Numbered from the stretch's first letter, positions 27,010-41,159 are shown. The stretch: 64,000 nucleotides of DNA from Nageia nagi (GCA_050084985.1 JBITNC010000001.1:202554001-202618000), one strand, 5' to 3'. Made by a program: numbers and translations. Notes: a model not told the origin generated them from the sequence alone.

Positions 27010-27572
27010 ATTCTCACTATACGCCCATGATATTTTCTTTATACATCCATAATATAACTAAAATTATAGTTTAATTTTTTTTAGTTTTTACTATATGCCT
27101 ATAATATATCTCATCCAAAAATTTTAAAAATAATTATTCTTATTTCTCGATATATGCCCACAATATCATAACTAATATATGCCCATAATATATCCATTTT
27201 AAAATTTCAAATCTATACACCCATGATATATTTGATATAAACCTATGATATATCTAGGCTACAAATTCTAAAGTTTTCCTCCTTCTTGCTATATGCCCAT
27301 GATATAGGTTCGATATATGCCCATGATATATCTCGCTAGAATAGTAGAGTTTTCTAGTACCTCTTGCTATACAAACATGATATAACTTCTATATGGGTAG
27401 TAGACTTTGATATACACCCATATTATCATTTTTGATATACACCCATAATATATCAAAGCAAAGCAGTAGAATCGGGTTGAGGTTACGATGGTGGAATTGA
27501 TATACATATAATGTTATTTTTTATATACATCCATGATATATGTATGAATTTTTCTTAATGAGAGGCTCTTCC
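27010..27572 (-). repeat. Right TIR of the MULE
   Basis: Reverse complement of 4426-4990, e.g. GTGGAATTGATATA..TGTTATTTTT.ATA..CATGAT.TATGT.TGAATTT..AGGCTCTTCC. Confidence 0.85.
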
Positions 27573-28210
27573 ATAAATTAGGATCATAGACCCTATACCT
27601 TCCTATCTACACTACAAACTTGCATTTTGGAGGAATGCCTTGCTTCATCTAAATTGCCTCTTTACCATCTCTAGTTTATAGGGCTCAACAAACATCTTCC
27701 TTTTCTATAAGTAGCAAGGAGTTCATTACCAATATAACTCACCTAGCTTATTTGGATACTATGGTAAACCATCAACCTCATCCATCTAAACCTCTTCATC
27801 TTTTCTTTAAAGGCACAATGAAGGTAGGAATCCTTCTTTCCCTTATGGTACTCCTTGTACCTAGTTAATCACTTTGTATTACCTTTGCATTATGCATTAG
27901 TTATACCCTCCTCAAAGTAAATAGGATTCCCTTTTACAAGTACCCATAGAATCCTATGTATATCCTCTAGAATGATGGTGATATCACCAATAGGTAGGTG
28001 AAAGGTGTTGGTCCTTTTTGACCACCTCTCCATCATGGTTGTGAGGAACTCCTTATCAACCCATACATATGGAGAATGAAGTAGGTACCCCATACCAACA
28101 TGTTGCAATACACCAAGCTCATCATCTATAAGCTTCTCCCACCACACCATACACTTCTTCTAGCTCTAAGAAATACACTTGAGCTCCATCAATAATTGAT
28201 GATACTGTAA
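27573..28210 (-). pseudogene. 5' half of the antisense plant mobile domain (PMD) gene
   Basis: FLTTMMERWSKRTNTFHLPIGDITIILEDIHRIL is the PMD hallmark (ERW..T.TFHLP.GE.TITLED). Confidence 0.85.
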
Positions 28211-29419
28211 TCACAAACAAGCAAAGGTATGTCTTAGTCATTTTACAAATTCATTTAAATCATAATACAAACATTATATTTTATTATTGTAAGCACACAT
28301 TAACAACAACCATAATTCGAACCATATTTCCCTCACTCGAAAACCCTTCTACCATGCTAGCATTAACACTCATGCTAGCACCCATACTGGCCTTCTACGA
28401 TCACTTTTTTTGAAACTTGGGGGTAAAATACTTGTACCCCTATGAATTCATAAAAATATATTTTGACACTTAAAACATAATCCTAAATGCCAATTCATGG
28501 AATCCCTAAGCACAAACCCTAGGTCTAGGGTATTTAACCAATTTTACATATTCTCTACTTTAAATTGAAAATTAAATTAAAAATCATAATAAAAAGGTTC
28601 TATAAACCTACCACATGCATGGAAACTCAAATTCTCTCCAGTATAGCCACTCTTTTCCCTATGTACCAGAGCTCCAAATTTCAAACTAGTTAATATGAAA
28701 ATAACTCAATTTATCCTATTTAAAATCCAAATTAGGACACATTTAACAAGGTAAATGATAAATGATAGCCACCATGTACCACACAACTTTCAAAATATAT
28801 TTTTTCTCTTATCTTCCCAACCAAATTCATTACCTCAAAATTTGAATGCCTAATTCATTATGAATCCTAGAATCCACATTGATGTTATCACTTGCATTAG
28901 TCACCAACATTCATGCTGCCATTCCTTAATATCTACTTCCTCACCTTAGAAATCATGCACCTTCTACCTGAATGTGGTATAAAAACTAATATAAGACTAA
29001 AATATATTAGAGAATGAGGTTTCTATAGCAATGAATGAACATCCAATCGAAGAAAGATGCATTTTTTGCATGTTGGTTATTTGGTCTAACACATTCACAT
29101 GGGATTCAACACTTTATCAACATTTATTAGGTATGAAAATATCATTTTTAGATTCATAAATCATGTTACATAATACAATTGCAATAGCACTAGCATATAG
29201 TTAATTTTAGCTAAGAGCCAACATTGAAGGTATTGCAAACACTAGGATATAAAGGTATAAATCAAGCCAAATCAACATAAATTAGCATAGTGGGTAAGAT
29301 ACATGAAGTATTTATACCCTTATCTACACTTTGCATTTAATCATATGCATGATTGGGAAACAAACCAATCATCATGGAGTCACCTTTTTTGGTTGAATCT
29401 TAACTAACCATCACTTTTT

Positions 29420-29880
29420 AAATCACATCTAAGAATGGGGCATGTACCTCTTGATAATGATAACATATCATGTCTACATCTAAGAATGGGACATGTACCT
29501 CTTGATGATGATAACATATCATGTATACATCTAAGAATGGGGCATGTACCTCATGATGATTAATGGTATATCTCTCATAATCACCTTCATTGGTTGGATC
29601 TCAATTAAGCTCCATCTTTGAGTCATCTTTGTTGGTTGGGTCTAACTAACCTCCATCTTTGAGTTACTTTTGCTAGTTGGATATCAACTAACCTCCATTT
29701 TTTAGTCACCTTTGTTATTTGGGTCTAAAATAACTATCATCATGCTAGTTCTTTATGATTCATATGTTGCATCAAGGAATGGGGCATGTACCTCATGATA
29801 ATGTTAACATATATGGTTTTGATTATATGTGTTCTATTTAAGAATGGGGCATGTACCCCATGATGATATGAACACACCTT
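29420..29880 (+). repeat. Tandem repeats in the Tat 3' non-coding region
   Basis: 51-bp unit CATCTAAGAATGGGGCATGTACCTC.. at 29426, 29477 and 29528; ~39-bp GTCACCTTTGTTGGTTGG.. units at 29580-29740. Confidence 0.85.
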
Positions 29881-30486
29881 TATCATATTTTTATATGTAT
29901 GTATATAATAATGAAACATAAAGTATTTTGAATATAATATTCTAAAGATGATATATGCACACTAAATTAATTTATGATAAAATGTTATGATGTTTACTCT
30001 TATTACCATTCCCATATCTTTTATGAGTTAACCATCATATATATTCTTTGAATTTGATGTTTTATCTCTCTTATTTTTAGATTTTATTCCTTTCTCTTGG
30101 TTGATTATACTTCATTCAAGCCATTGCATCTCACAACCAAGGCAAAGAGGGGGAAATATACATCATCAGTCCTTAATGATTTAGGTAGTCTTATAGCTAA
30201 ACTAGGGAAGTATCAAATTTTTCTTCCCTTTACCTTTACTTCCTTTGAAATCATAATATCATTTCAAAATTCAATTTCATTATACTTTAAAAGGGGGAAA
30301 TTTTTTATACCTAAAAGTGTTCCCCTTAACATGATCCCACTTAGGTGCAACTTTACATACATGTCTAATCACACTTAATCATATTTCAATCATAGTTTAC
30401 CTTATTAACACATATTTCTCAAGCTGTATTCTTATTTTTATGTTAGCTACATAAAGATGGCTTCAACCTCCATACAAGGGGTCAAA

Positions 30487-31118
30487 TGATGATATCACAC
30501 TTGATATAGATGAAAGTATCTCTAACTTATGGAATGCATTTCAAGATTACATCTCAATAGTCGATAACCTATACTTAGGTATTTCTAAATGCTACCTATT
30601 GAGATTGGAATCTTGTTATCACTTAATCAAATATATTTCATCCATATTCATGATCATATTCTTTATTTAACTTACCATTGTGTATGTTATCATCAATATT
30701 TGTTATTGGACCTCATTCTATTAGAATGATAGCACCTATGTTGAAGTGCGCACTCACATTGAGTTCATATAGCCTATCACCCATGCTAGGATTCTTTCTA
30801 TAGTTGGCCATGAGGTTCTCATAGCAAGGTTACCTCTCTTCAACAAGTTCATTCTCCATATACTCAACTAAAATATAGGTAAGAACACAAAGGTATTTAT
30901 CCTACACTTGATTCATTTCTCTTTACTGTGTGCATTCATTTTACATCTTGATATCAATGTAATTCATAATTTTGTTACTGCACTATTATACTTATATTTA
31001 TCTATTATTAATATATGCTTATTTGAGTCATTTAACATAGATAATATATACCTAAATTTTTATGTGTATTTAGTTAATTTAGGCCAAAACCCTAGGTGTA
31101 CCAAAATACATATCAACA
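30487..31118 (+). repeat. 3' LTR of the PMD-carrying Tat element
   Basis: Preceded by PPT-like AAGGGGTCAAA. Termini TGATGATAT / ATATCAACA. Shares CCTATTGAGATTGG.ATCTTGTTATCAC with ~40675. Confidence 0.6.
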
Positions 31119-31139
31119 AAACTAATTAATATTTTTGTT

Positions 31140-32010
31140 AACTTATGTTTAACCCTAAACCTTAAAATCAAAATACTGTAAGATCCTAAACCCTTAAACC
31201 CTAAGCTCATAAATATTAAAACCCTTAATCCCTTAAACTATAAATTTTAAACCTTAAAAGCATAAACCCTAAAATCATAAAACCCTAAACCCTAAACCTT
31301 AAACTCTTAAAACCATAAACCCTAAAATTATTAAGCCCTTAAACTCTAAACCTTATAACCCTAAACTCTAAATCACTAAGCCCTAAAATTCTAAACCCAC
31401 AACCTTAAAATCATAAAAACCTTAAACCCTAAACTCATAAACCATGAATCCTAAAAACCCTAGGCAAAATCCTAAACCCTAAAAACCATATAACCTAAAC
31501 CCTAAAACCCTATACCCTAACCCCTAAAATTTAAAATCATAAATCCCTAAACCCTTAAAACTTAAACTCTTAAAACCCTAAATATTAAACCCTAAAACCT
31601 TAAACTCTTAAAACCCTAAATATTAAACCCTAAAACATTAAACTCTTAAAACCCTAAACCCTAAAACCTTAAACTCCTAAAATACTAAATCTTAAAACCC
31701 ATAATCTCTTAAACCATAAACTTTATAACCCTAAACTCTAAACCATTAAGCACTAAAATTCTAAACCCTCAACCTTAAAATCATAAAACTCTTAAACCCT
31801 AAACTCATAAACCATGAATCCTAAAAATCTTAGACAAAATCCTAAACCCTAAAAACCATATACTCCAAACCTTAAAACCCTATACCCTAACCCCTAAACC
31901 CTTAAAATCATATACCATAAAACCTAAAACTCTTAAGATATTAAACCTTAAACCTTAAATGTTAAAACCCTAAATCCTAAAATTGTAAAATACTAAATCG
32001 TAAAACCCTA
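31140..32010 (+). repeat. Degenerate interstitial telomere-like (CCCTAAA)n array with a higher-order duplication
   Basis: AAACCCT variants throughout; 31352-31530 is repeated at 31722-31900. Confidence 0.9.
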
Positions 32011-32899
32011 GACCATATATTACCACCCAAATTTTATTTTCACAAAATTTGTAGAAACTCCTTTATTTTCTCAATTAGGGATTAATTTTTATTTATTTTC
32101 ATCTATCACATATTTCATGTGAATGGTTTAACCAAAACCTATATATGTTTTCCCTTTATGAATTTAATCATACTCGATTTTTGTAGTGAAAACAAATGAT
32201 AATCATGTCTTGTTGAGTTGGTAAAATAAGAATTTTTTAGTGTTTTGACTCCATGTCATGGATTATATATGTTTAATACTTGATTTAGATTGATACCATT
32301 ATGCTTTAAGTATTTTACTATCCCCTAAAGTTTCTCAGATGAGCGTACCTAATAAGGTCAACCTTATTTATCACCTTTGGAAATATGTAAATCATGATTT
32401 CATAAAAATATGATTAAAATTTTATGATTTTAATTATGTAAAATTAAAGTAATTTACATCATTAACTTGATACTTTTCACAGTTCATCAAACAGACTTGT
32501 AGAACTTGAGATATTAAAGTTACAATTTTAATTGAATTTTATGAATTTGATTAAAAAATGCTAATTCCTATATCTTTAAGTGATATTTTTGGTAATCAAA
32601 TATGATAAAAAGATATTTTGCAACCACTCATTGGAAATATATTGATGTTAGGGAACTCACAAATCTAATGATTTGAAACAAGAATCTTGTATGTGAAAGT
32701 TATGCATCAAATTGTTGATCTATCACTATTTACCAATTTAATTAATTTTTAGTAAAATCATCTTGAGAATAGGCTCAAAATTTAAATGTATTTTTCTTGT
32801 TCAATCATAAAGAAAAAGGGTAATATGATCACTAATTTTTATAGACACAAAAATAAAGAACACTTCAAGATTTGTTTCATGAAATTTTAACTTTTTTTG

Positions 32900-34100
32900 A
32901 AGTCGTTTTGCCTTTAGTTGGATCAAATTAACCCTTAACAAAGTCATCAATCATTTTTATTCAACTAACTAATTTCATGAAGTCTACATTTCATTTGGAT
33001 AGATCTAATAAATCATTAACAAAAAAAAAATTCATCAGTCACTTTGATTTGAATAACTAATTTCATGAAGTTTGCTTTTCAGTTGGTTGGATCGAGGAGT
33101 TTGATAATAAAAAATTATCATCATTCATTTCAATCTAACTAACTAATTTAATGAATTTGAATATTTAGTTAGTTAGATCTAGTTAACTAATAACAATATT
33201 TTAGTTGGTCAGATTGAGTTGATTGATAACAAAAAAATTTCATAAGTAACTTAAATCTTATTAACTAATTTTATGAAGATAATTTTTTAGTTGGTCATAT
33301 TGAGTTAACTATTAGTTGGTCATATTGAGTTAACTATTAATAGAATTTTTAGTTGGTCGGATTGAGTTAATTGTTAATAGATTAATTTGACTAACTAATT
33401 TCATGAAGTGTTATTTTTGGTTGGTTGAATTGAATTCATTGATAATAACATTTTAGTTGATCAGATTGAATTGGATGTTAACAAAATTTCTACCATCATG
33501 TATTTCCAAATTTGTAATACATGTTCACTAGTACCCTAAAATGGTTATAAATAAGATATGACCCCTTAATAATTTGGAAGGAGATCAAATTGAATACAAT
33601 GATGATAAGAATTTGGAGTTAGAAAATTTTTAAGTGAAGTACTACCTATTTGTTTTCACTTGGTCAAATTGAGGATGATGATGATGATGATTATGTTGAT
33701 GATGAAAATAAATTTTTAGTTGGTCAGTTCAATTTTTTCATAAACAAATATTTCACTTGGTCATGTTGAGGATGATGATGATAATAAGAACCTTGATTAG
33801 TTTTAAATTGTTTAGGTCAAGAACAATGATGACAACAATGTTGATGATAAAAATAACTTTTCAGTTGGTCAGGTCAAGTTCATTATCAATAAAAATTTTA
33901 CTTGGTTAGGTTAAGGATGATGATTATAATAAAAAATATTGATTACTTTTTGATTTTTTGGGTCAAGAATGATGATGATGATGATGTTGATTATGATATA
34001 ACTTTTCATTTGGTTAGGTCAAAACCATTGTTAATAACTTTTTAGTTGGTTGGTTCAAGTTCATTGATAATAATGTTTTCATTTGGTTATATCAAAGATG
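32900..34100. repeat. Degenerate TTTTAGTTGGTCAGATTGAGTT repeats interspersed with (GAT)n
   Basis: More than 15 copies of (A/C)GTTGGT(C/T)(A/G); exact local duplication at 33287-33340. Confidence 0.75.
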
Positions 34101-35629
34101 ATGATGATAATGAAAAATAAAATCTATTAACAACCATATCAATCTGACCTCAAGCAAGCTTGATAGAGCCCTAAAAGGATGAGACTTCAAATGATGATAA
34201 ATTTTGTATTTGAACTTTATTTTCAAACCATTTGAATTGTTGGAAATTAAAAAAATAAGGGATATATAATAATATCTAATTTTTGAACTCATAATGCATG
34301 AGAAAAATAAATAAATAAATAAGATACCCTAAAAGAGACTTATCCAAGAAGGCTATCTTCGAACAACCATATGATGCAAACTAGGACTCCATTTCTTTCA
34401 TTGTTTGAACTATTGGAAAGGGTAAAAGAGATATTTGATTTTATGAAGTAAAATTTATAATTTGAATGGATGTTTTAACTTGAAATTTTTGTACATTAAA
34501 TATATAAAAGTATTTCATCTTGGGAAGGAAAGTATTATTTTAATTTCATTTTAGTTTCCTTTTAATTTAAAAGTATCCATATACTTTATAATACTTATTT
34601 TTTATGAGTAGAATGTAATTATATAAAAAAAAATATGAATATTAATATGCTTGCAATCTATGGAATAAAACCAATCAAGGAACAAAACTACATTCAATAT
34701 TTCAAGTAGAGATCAATGTCAAGGAATAATATAGCAATTTCATCCAATTCAAAGCATACAAGAACCTCAAATTGAATTTCAACCACAAAAAAAGGAATAA
34801 TATTAATCAAAGAGTAAATGTTACACATGGTGATGTTTTGGAAGTGTTTGAGTCATTTATAGGAAAACTAGTTATTTTTGTATAGGCTAGATGATTTCGA
34901 TTTGATTGTAGTTTCAATTTTCTTGTAATAGATTTTAGATTAATTTTGGAGTGACACTTGACATGAGAATTCCAAGGGTCATAAGTAGTTGAAAGGTTAG
35001 GAAATTGAAGAGTCAAGGTAAATAAATGATCATATTGTAACGTCCCAATAGTTCTATAAATTGGGAGAGACTCTTCATTTTAGACGATATCTCTCTCACT
35101 ATTGAGAAACTGTTGTAATTTTTTAAGATTGAATATTAATAAGAAAACTTGATTATTATTATATTTTCATTATATTGATGTTAATTTTATATGAATTCTT
35201 TATTTACCAATAAATCAATAAACTAGTATTGCATGTGATTGTAATATTGTTTTATGAAATTTGCAAGCTTTGCGAAAAAAATTGTAACTAATAGTATATA
35301 TCAATACCAGTGAATCAATATTGATTTTAGCTATTGGATTGATAGAATAAAGACTTTCACTCTTTTTTTAAGTTGTTGTCTAGGGAATTTCTTGATTGTA
35401 TTAATTTTAAGCAAATGTTTCAGCTAAAGTTATTATGATCAATTCCTCTCACTAATTGATCAGTAAAAGGAAGCATTTTCCAATCATGAACTACTGCAAG
35501 AATTTGTTAGTTTTGAGCTAGATAAAGAATAAGATCAAAGCCTAGTGAGTACTGCCTCATAAAAAAGGAGGATTGTATAATCCCTTATTGTCTCCTTTTT
35601 CTTCTACAAGAAAAATTGGTTGACACCAT

Positions 35630-36180
35630 ACACCCTAAACTATAAACCCCTAAACCCTAAAACCCTAAAACCTTAAACCTTTAAACTTAATAAATCTAAT
35701 ATAATTTAAATTTTTTCTAACCAAATAAGTTTGACCTAAGTTAAATTTTTAGTGACCAAATTATAACATAAGTCAAATTTTTATTGACCTAAGTCTAATC
35801 TAAGTCATATTTTTACTAATCTAATTAAGTAAAAACTTACTAACCTAAGTCAAAGTTTTCTAACCCAAGTGTAATATAAGTTAATTTTTTACCAACTAAA
35901 GCCTAACCTATGTCAAATATTTACTAACCTAAGTCATATCTTTAATAAACTAATTCATATTTTTATTAGGTTAATTCTAACCCTAAACCTTAAAATCTAA
36001 AAATCGTAAGACCTTAAACCCTTAAACCCTTAAGCTTTTAAACTCTAAACCTTAATCCTTAAAACCCTAAATCCTAAAGTCTTAAAACCCTAAACCCTTA
36101 AACTCCTAAAATCATAAACCTTAAAACCCTTAAGCCCTTAAAATATAAACCCTAAAATTTAAACCCTTCAATCCCAAAAA
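35630..36180 (+). repeat. Second telomere-like block: CCCTAAA, GACCTAAGTCAAATTTTT repeats, CCCTAAA
   Basis: Directly visible; 35946-36040 aligns with 31118-31210. Confidence 0.8.
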
Positions 36181-36182
36181 AA

Positions 36183-39100
36183 TATATTTTTAGGGTATCA
36201 AGTGATAATTTGTTGGGTTACATTGTCTCTAGAAGAGGAATTGAGATAGATCTTAAAAAGGTAAAATCCATTATAGATATGCCTCATCCTAAGAAAATTA
36301 ATAAAATTAGGAGTTAATAGGGTGAATTACAAGAAATCAATAGGTTTACATCTCAATTAAAAGGTACAATAACTCTTTTTTTGTATTTTCTCAAGAAGGG
36401 AAATAAGTACATTTGCATAGAGGATTGTCAAAAAGCATTTAAAGATATTAAGAGGTATTTACTCAATCCTCATATTTTGCAACATGTTGATAATGATATG
36501 CCTTATATTTATATGTTTTAGCTAAAAATCATGCTTTGGGAGTTATTTTAGTTCAAAAGGATGATACAAGTAAATAAAGGGTTGTGTTTTACTTGTCTAA
36601 AACTTTGCATGATGTTGAAATAAACTACACTCTAATTAAAAAATTATCTTATACCATTATTAATACTACTAATAAATTAAGACATTATATGATCATAAAC
36701 ACTACCTATGTGGTTTCTCAAGCTAATCCATTGAGCTATGTGATTTCTAAACCTCAATTGTAAGGAAATACAAAATGGATAATGTAGTTACAAGAATTTG
36801 GCCTCATTTTTTTTATCAAAAGGTAATATTTAAGGATAGGTTATTGTTGATATGTTGGTTGAGGTAGCTTTTGAGTATTCTAAATCATGTATAGGATAGT
36901 TTCACAATGAAATTATTGCATGGTCTAAAGAAGAGAATGAAGAAAAGTTGAATCTTTATTTTGATGGTTACAAGTTCATAAAGGGTGTTGGGGTAGGTAT
37001 TGCATTGATATATCCTCAAGGTGGTATTATCCATATGGCTTACAAACTAAATTTTTATTGAACCAAAAATATGAATGAGTATGATACTTTGATTTTGGGA
37101 GTGAAGGTTATTGTTAACTTGAATATCAAGTACCTATAGGTTTATGGTGACTCACAACTTACTATAAACCAATTTAATGAGGTTTATAATAAAAAGGATT
37201 AAATATTATAGCCTTATTATAATTTTGTGGCCAAAATGATGAAAAGATGCTTTTTAAGGGTCCAATTTGAGAATACTCCAAGGAATAGTAATAAATTTTT
37301 TGATGCTATAAAAATGCTACGTCTTTGACATCTATTCCTATTAAAGATGAAGAAGCTTTTATAAAGATCAACAACCTCAAAAATAACTCTTTGGTGGATG
37401 ATGGATTCTTTGTTAACTTATTTAAGAAATAACATATTGCATGAGTTATCCTTCCATATATTTAATGGTATGTTAATATATATAACTATTGGAAAGATGT
37501 TACAATTCCATATTCATGCAAATCTAGGTTCCTAAAGAGGAGGCTTAAGTATATGGTAGTAAGGTATGTAATCATTAGTGATATCCTTCACAAGATACCT
37601 TTTTATGGTGCATTGATTGGGTGTTTAGCTAAAACTAATAAGCCTATGAAGCAAGTGCATGATAACCTAAGTGGAGGTCACTTCAACGATAAGGATATTT
37701 TTCATAAAATTTTAAGATTAAGTAATTAGCAGCCATCTATGGAAAAAGATTGCATTCTTCATGTTAAGAAATATGATAAGTATTAAAAGCATGGTAATTT
37801 AATATTGGATACTTTACAAGAATTAGCTACAATGGTCTCACCTTGACCATTTTCTATTTGGGATTTGGATTTAGTGGGAGTGATTAATCCTAAGTCTAGT
37901 GAAAGACATAAATTCATTTTGGTTGTAACTAAATAATTCACTAAGTGGGAAGAATAAGTACCTTTGAGATCATCCAAAGGTCCTCAAATAGTGAAATTTT
38001 TAACTAGTTATATAATTGCAAGGTTTAGGGTCCCATCCCATTTTATCATGGATACTAGAAATAATTTTGTGAGAAAGCATGTAAGATAATTTTACAAGGC
38101 ACTCAAGTTCAAACAAAATTTTCATCTACATATTACTTACAAGGTAATGGGTAGGTTGAAGAAACTAATAATACTATCATTAATATTTTATGCAAGACTA
38201 TCAAGAAGCATCAAAGGGATTGGCATACATAGTCAATATATGCATTATGGGAATATAGAACTAGCATTAGATATGTAACAAATTGTACTCCATTTTCATT
38301 AGTATATAGAAATGAAGCGGTCCTTCCTTTAGAATTGAAAATTCCATGTTTATTGGTTTCTATGGAAGGTATCATTGATTGGGAAGAGAAAATACAAGCA
38401 ATATTAAGGCAATTAGAAAGCTTGAATGAAAAATAGATTCATGCTTTGGAGAATCTTAGGGAATATTAGAGAAGAACAAAGAAGATCAGAATAAGAGATT
38501 TCTAGGTTGGTGACTTAGTCCACAAGGAGAATCGTCATATAACTAATGCTAAAAAGGAAGATAAAAGTAAATTTGAGGCAAATTGGATTGCTCCATACAT
38601 TTTCAAAAATAAGTATACTAATGAAGAATATAAATTGATGAACATTTATGGAAGAGAAGACAAGTTTTCTAACAATGCCATGCATTTGAAACCCTTCTAC
38701 ATATGAGAGAAACTTATCATTTGTACTTTCTTATATTGTTATTATCCATTTTTGTTCATGATATATATTAGAGGTATCAAATGACTATCCTGGTTCCTTT
38801 TTATTTAGTGATACCAGTGTTAGCGCTAGCCTCTATTCATTTTTTATCTTGGTAAACCAGCTTATGCACTCATATACTTTATGTTCTACCATAGATTGGA
38901 AGCATTATCAGATCTTAATTCTAAGATACATCCTTTGGTTTATAAAATATTATGTGGATTAGTTCAAAAAGATTTCATCCTTATATTTCCAAGTTTAAGT
39001 CACTTGATTGTTTAGTTAATGCCTTGGGGTTTATGAACTACTTTACAATGCAAATTTGCAATTTTTCTATATGTAAATGATGATCTTTCATCCTCTCTAA

Positions 39101-41141
39101 AATTTTAAGTTGGGAAAATATTTTGAGGCTAGCATCAATGCTATCAGTGGCATTCATACTAGGGGTAGTGCACATGTTGCTTATGTGATCATTTCTTAGC
39201 CATGATAGGTAAGTTCAGGTATGGTTCTTTTACTCCTATTATTTTTTTGGACATAGTGGATATATATATCACTTATAAAATATATTTGATCATTTAAAAT
39301 GCATATATAGGTGATACATCATATATTTCTTTATCACAACTATTAGCAAAATATAAAATTCTATTTGACTTTTAGAATTTTACATGTCCTTGTTGGGTAA
39401 TAAATAACCATCATTTTTATATGATATCTTATTTGGATATGTGACAACTCTGTGGGGTTTGGGCACTTGTATTCTACTATGTTTGGTAATATAAAAATCC
39501 TTTAGGTTAGGCATTTAGCATATTTTATTTGGTAATATGATAACCATTTGGGTTGGGCATTTAGTATCTTTTATTTGTTAATATGATAACTCTTTGGGTT
39601 GGGCATTTAACATATTTTGTTTGGTAATATGAAAACCCTTTAGGTTGGGAATTTAGCATCTTTTGGTTGATAATATGAGAATCCTTTAGTTTGGTAATTA
39701 ATCAGTCCCTTATAATACATTCATGAATGGAGCATATTTTTTTACCATGACAATGTGCACCCATGAATGGGGCAACTTGTTACTAACATAATGATGTGAC
39801 CCTCATTTTATCTTAGTACCTTTGTTGATTCAGTTTAAAATAACCATCAATATGATAATTCTTTATGATTATATGTGTGCATTCATGAATGAGGAATTGG
39901 GTATTACTATGATGATTTTTATCTATTAATAGCATATTTGGTATTATCATGATGATGTGCATAGTATATTAATTTCAACCTTTCTCTTTATTGTTATATC
40001 TTTAAATATGAAATGTGTGTGTATAAATCCATGAATGGGATACTTTTTTTTTACTATGATGATGTATATATCCATGAATATGGAATTGAGTGTTATCATG
40101 ATAATATTATGCATTATTTCTCTCATTATCACTGTTATACCTTTAAGATTTTTTACAAAACATATGTTTGGAAGGTGGTGTTTTATGTATTTATTTTTTA
40201 GGTTATTATTTTCTTTTGGTTATTCTCATTCCATGAGGACCATTCCATTTCATAATCAAGGTAAAAAGGGGTAGCAAATATCATCAAACTTTGATAACCC
40301 AATGGATTCACAATAAAAATAAGGAAGTATCAATTTTTTCTTTCCTTATATTTCCATTGCAAAAATAATTACATTTCATTTAATTATATTTGAAAAGGGG
40401 GGAATTTATTGATACTTAATTTTGGTCCACCTTAGTTGACCTATTTAAGTATTTTATTATGTTAATATGGTATCATGTTATTAGTGCTTTCTTGATACTT
40501 TCTCATACAATCTTATCTTTACCCCAACATCGACACTCACCTTCCTAAGATGAAATTAGAGGATATATTTCATATATATATATATATATATAAGGGTAAG
40601 TATAATTGCAAGAAAAATTTATCAAAATTTCATCTTGATAAGCAGTACCTTAATTATTAGGAGTTTCTCAATGCCACCTATTGAGATTGGGATCTTGTTA
40701 TCACATGAGTGTATCTATTATTCCATATTTTATAATTATATGTTTGGCTTGACTTGTAAATATTTTTTATCATGTGCATTAGTGCTACTCATGTAAGTGT
40801 TTGCATTATCATTCCAATCTATTGTGTTCTATGGGGATTTACATATCAAGATTATCACCTTTTATAAGCTCCTATTTGCATATAATCTTTGTCATCCAAG
40901 TAAAGTTTTCAAGTATTTATTTTTTACTTGATCCTAGTCTCAATAGTGTATTGTTTTTTTATCTTGATCTAATTATCTAATATATATTTCATTGTCATAT
41001 TTAATTATATTTATATTATTTCCACTGCTATCTCTCATATTCTTTATTGTTTATAGTAACATAAAAAGTATATCATTTACATGTGAATATTAATAATTTT
41101 ATTACTTAACTTACACTAGGATTAACTAAAAACATTCAACA
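36183..41141 (+). mobile_element. 5'-truncated Tat/Ogre Gypsy remnant (end of RT, RH, aRH, INT, 3' repeats, LTR)
   Basis: LLGYIVSRRGIEIDLKKV, LYFDG, VYGDSQL, GGHF, PFSIWDLDLVG, QGNG*VE and KFEANWIAPY; pol ends ~38705. Tandem repeats at 39450-40090. The LTR-like segment ends TCAACA at 41141; its start is uncertain (~40400-40560). Confidence 0.85.
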
Positions 41142-41159
41142 AATTTTATCAATTTTACC

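Larger units (their letters stand above)
4426..27572. mobile_element. Giant (~23.1 kb) Mutator-like element with long TIRs, 9-bp TSD and multiple cargo
   Basis: TSD ATAAATTAG at 4417-4425 and 27573-27581. Termini GTAAGAGCC / GGCTCTTCC. 4426-4990 aligns with the reverse complement of 27010-27572. Internal MULE transposase. Confidence 0.9.

Noticed and set aside
31140-32010. True telomere or chromosome fusion site
   Set aside because: Highly degenerate, single orientation, internal and duplicated at 35630-36180.
35036-35630. Possible solo LTR beginning TGTAACGTCCC
   Set aside because: No matching 3' terminus or TSD could be identified.
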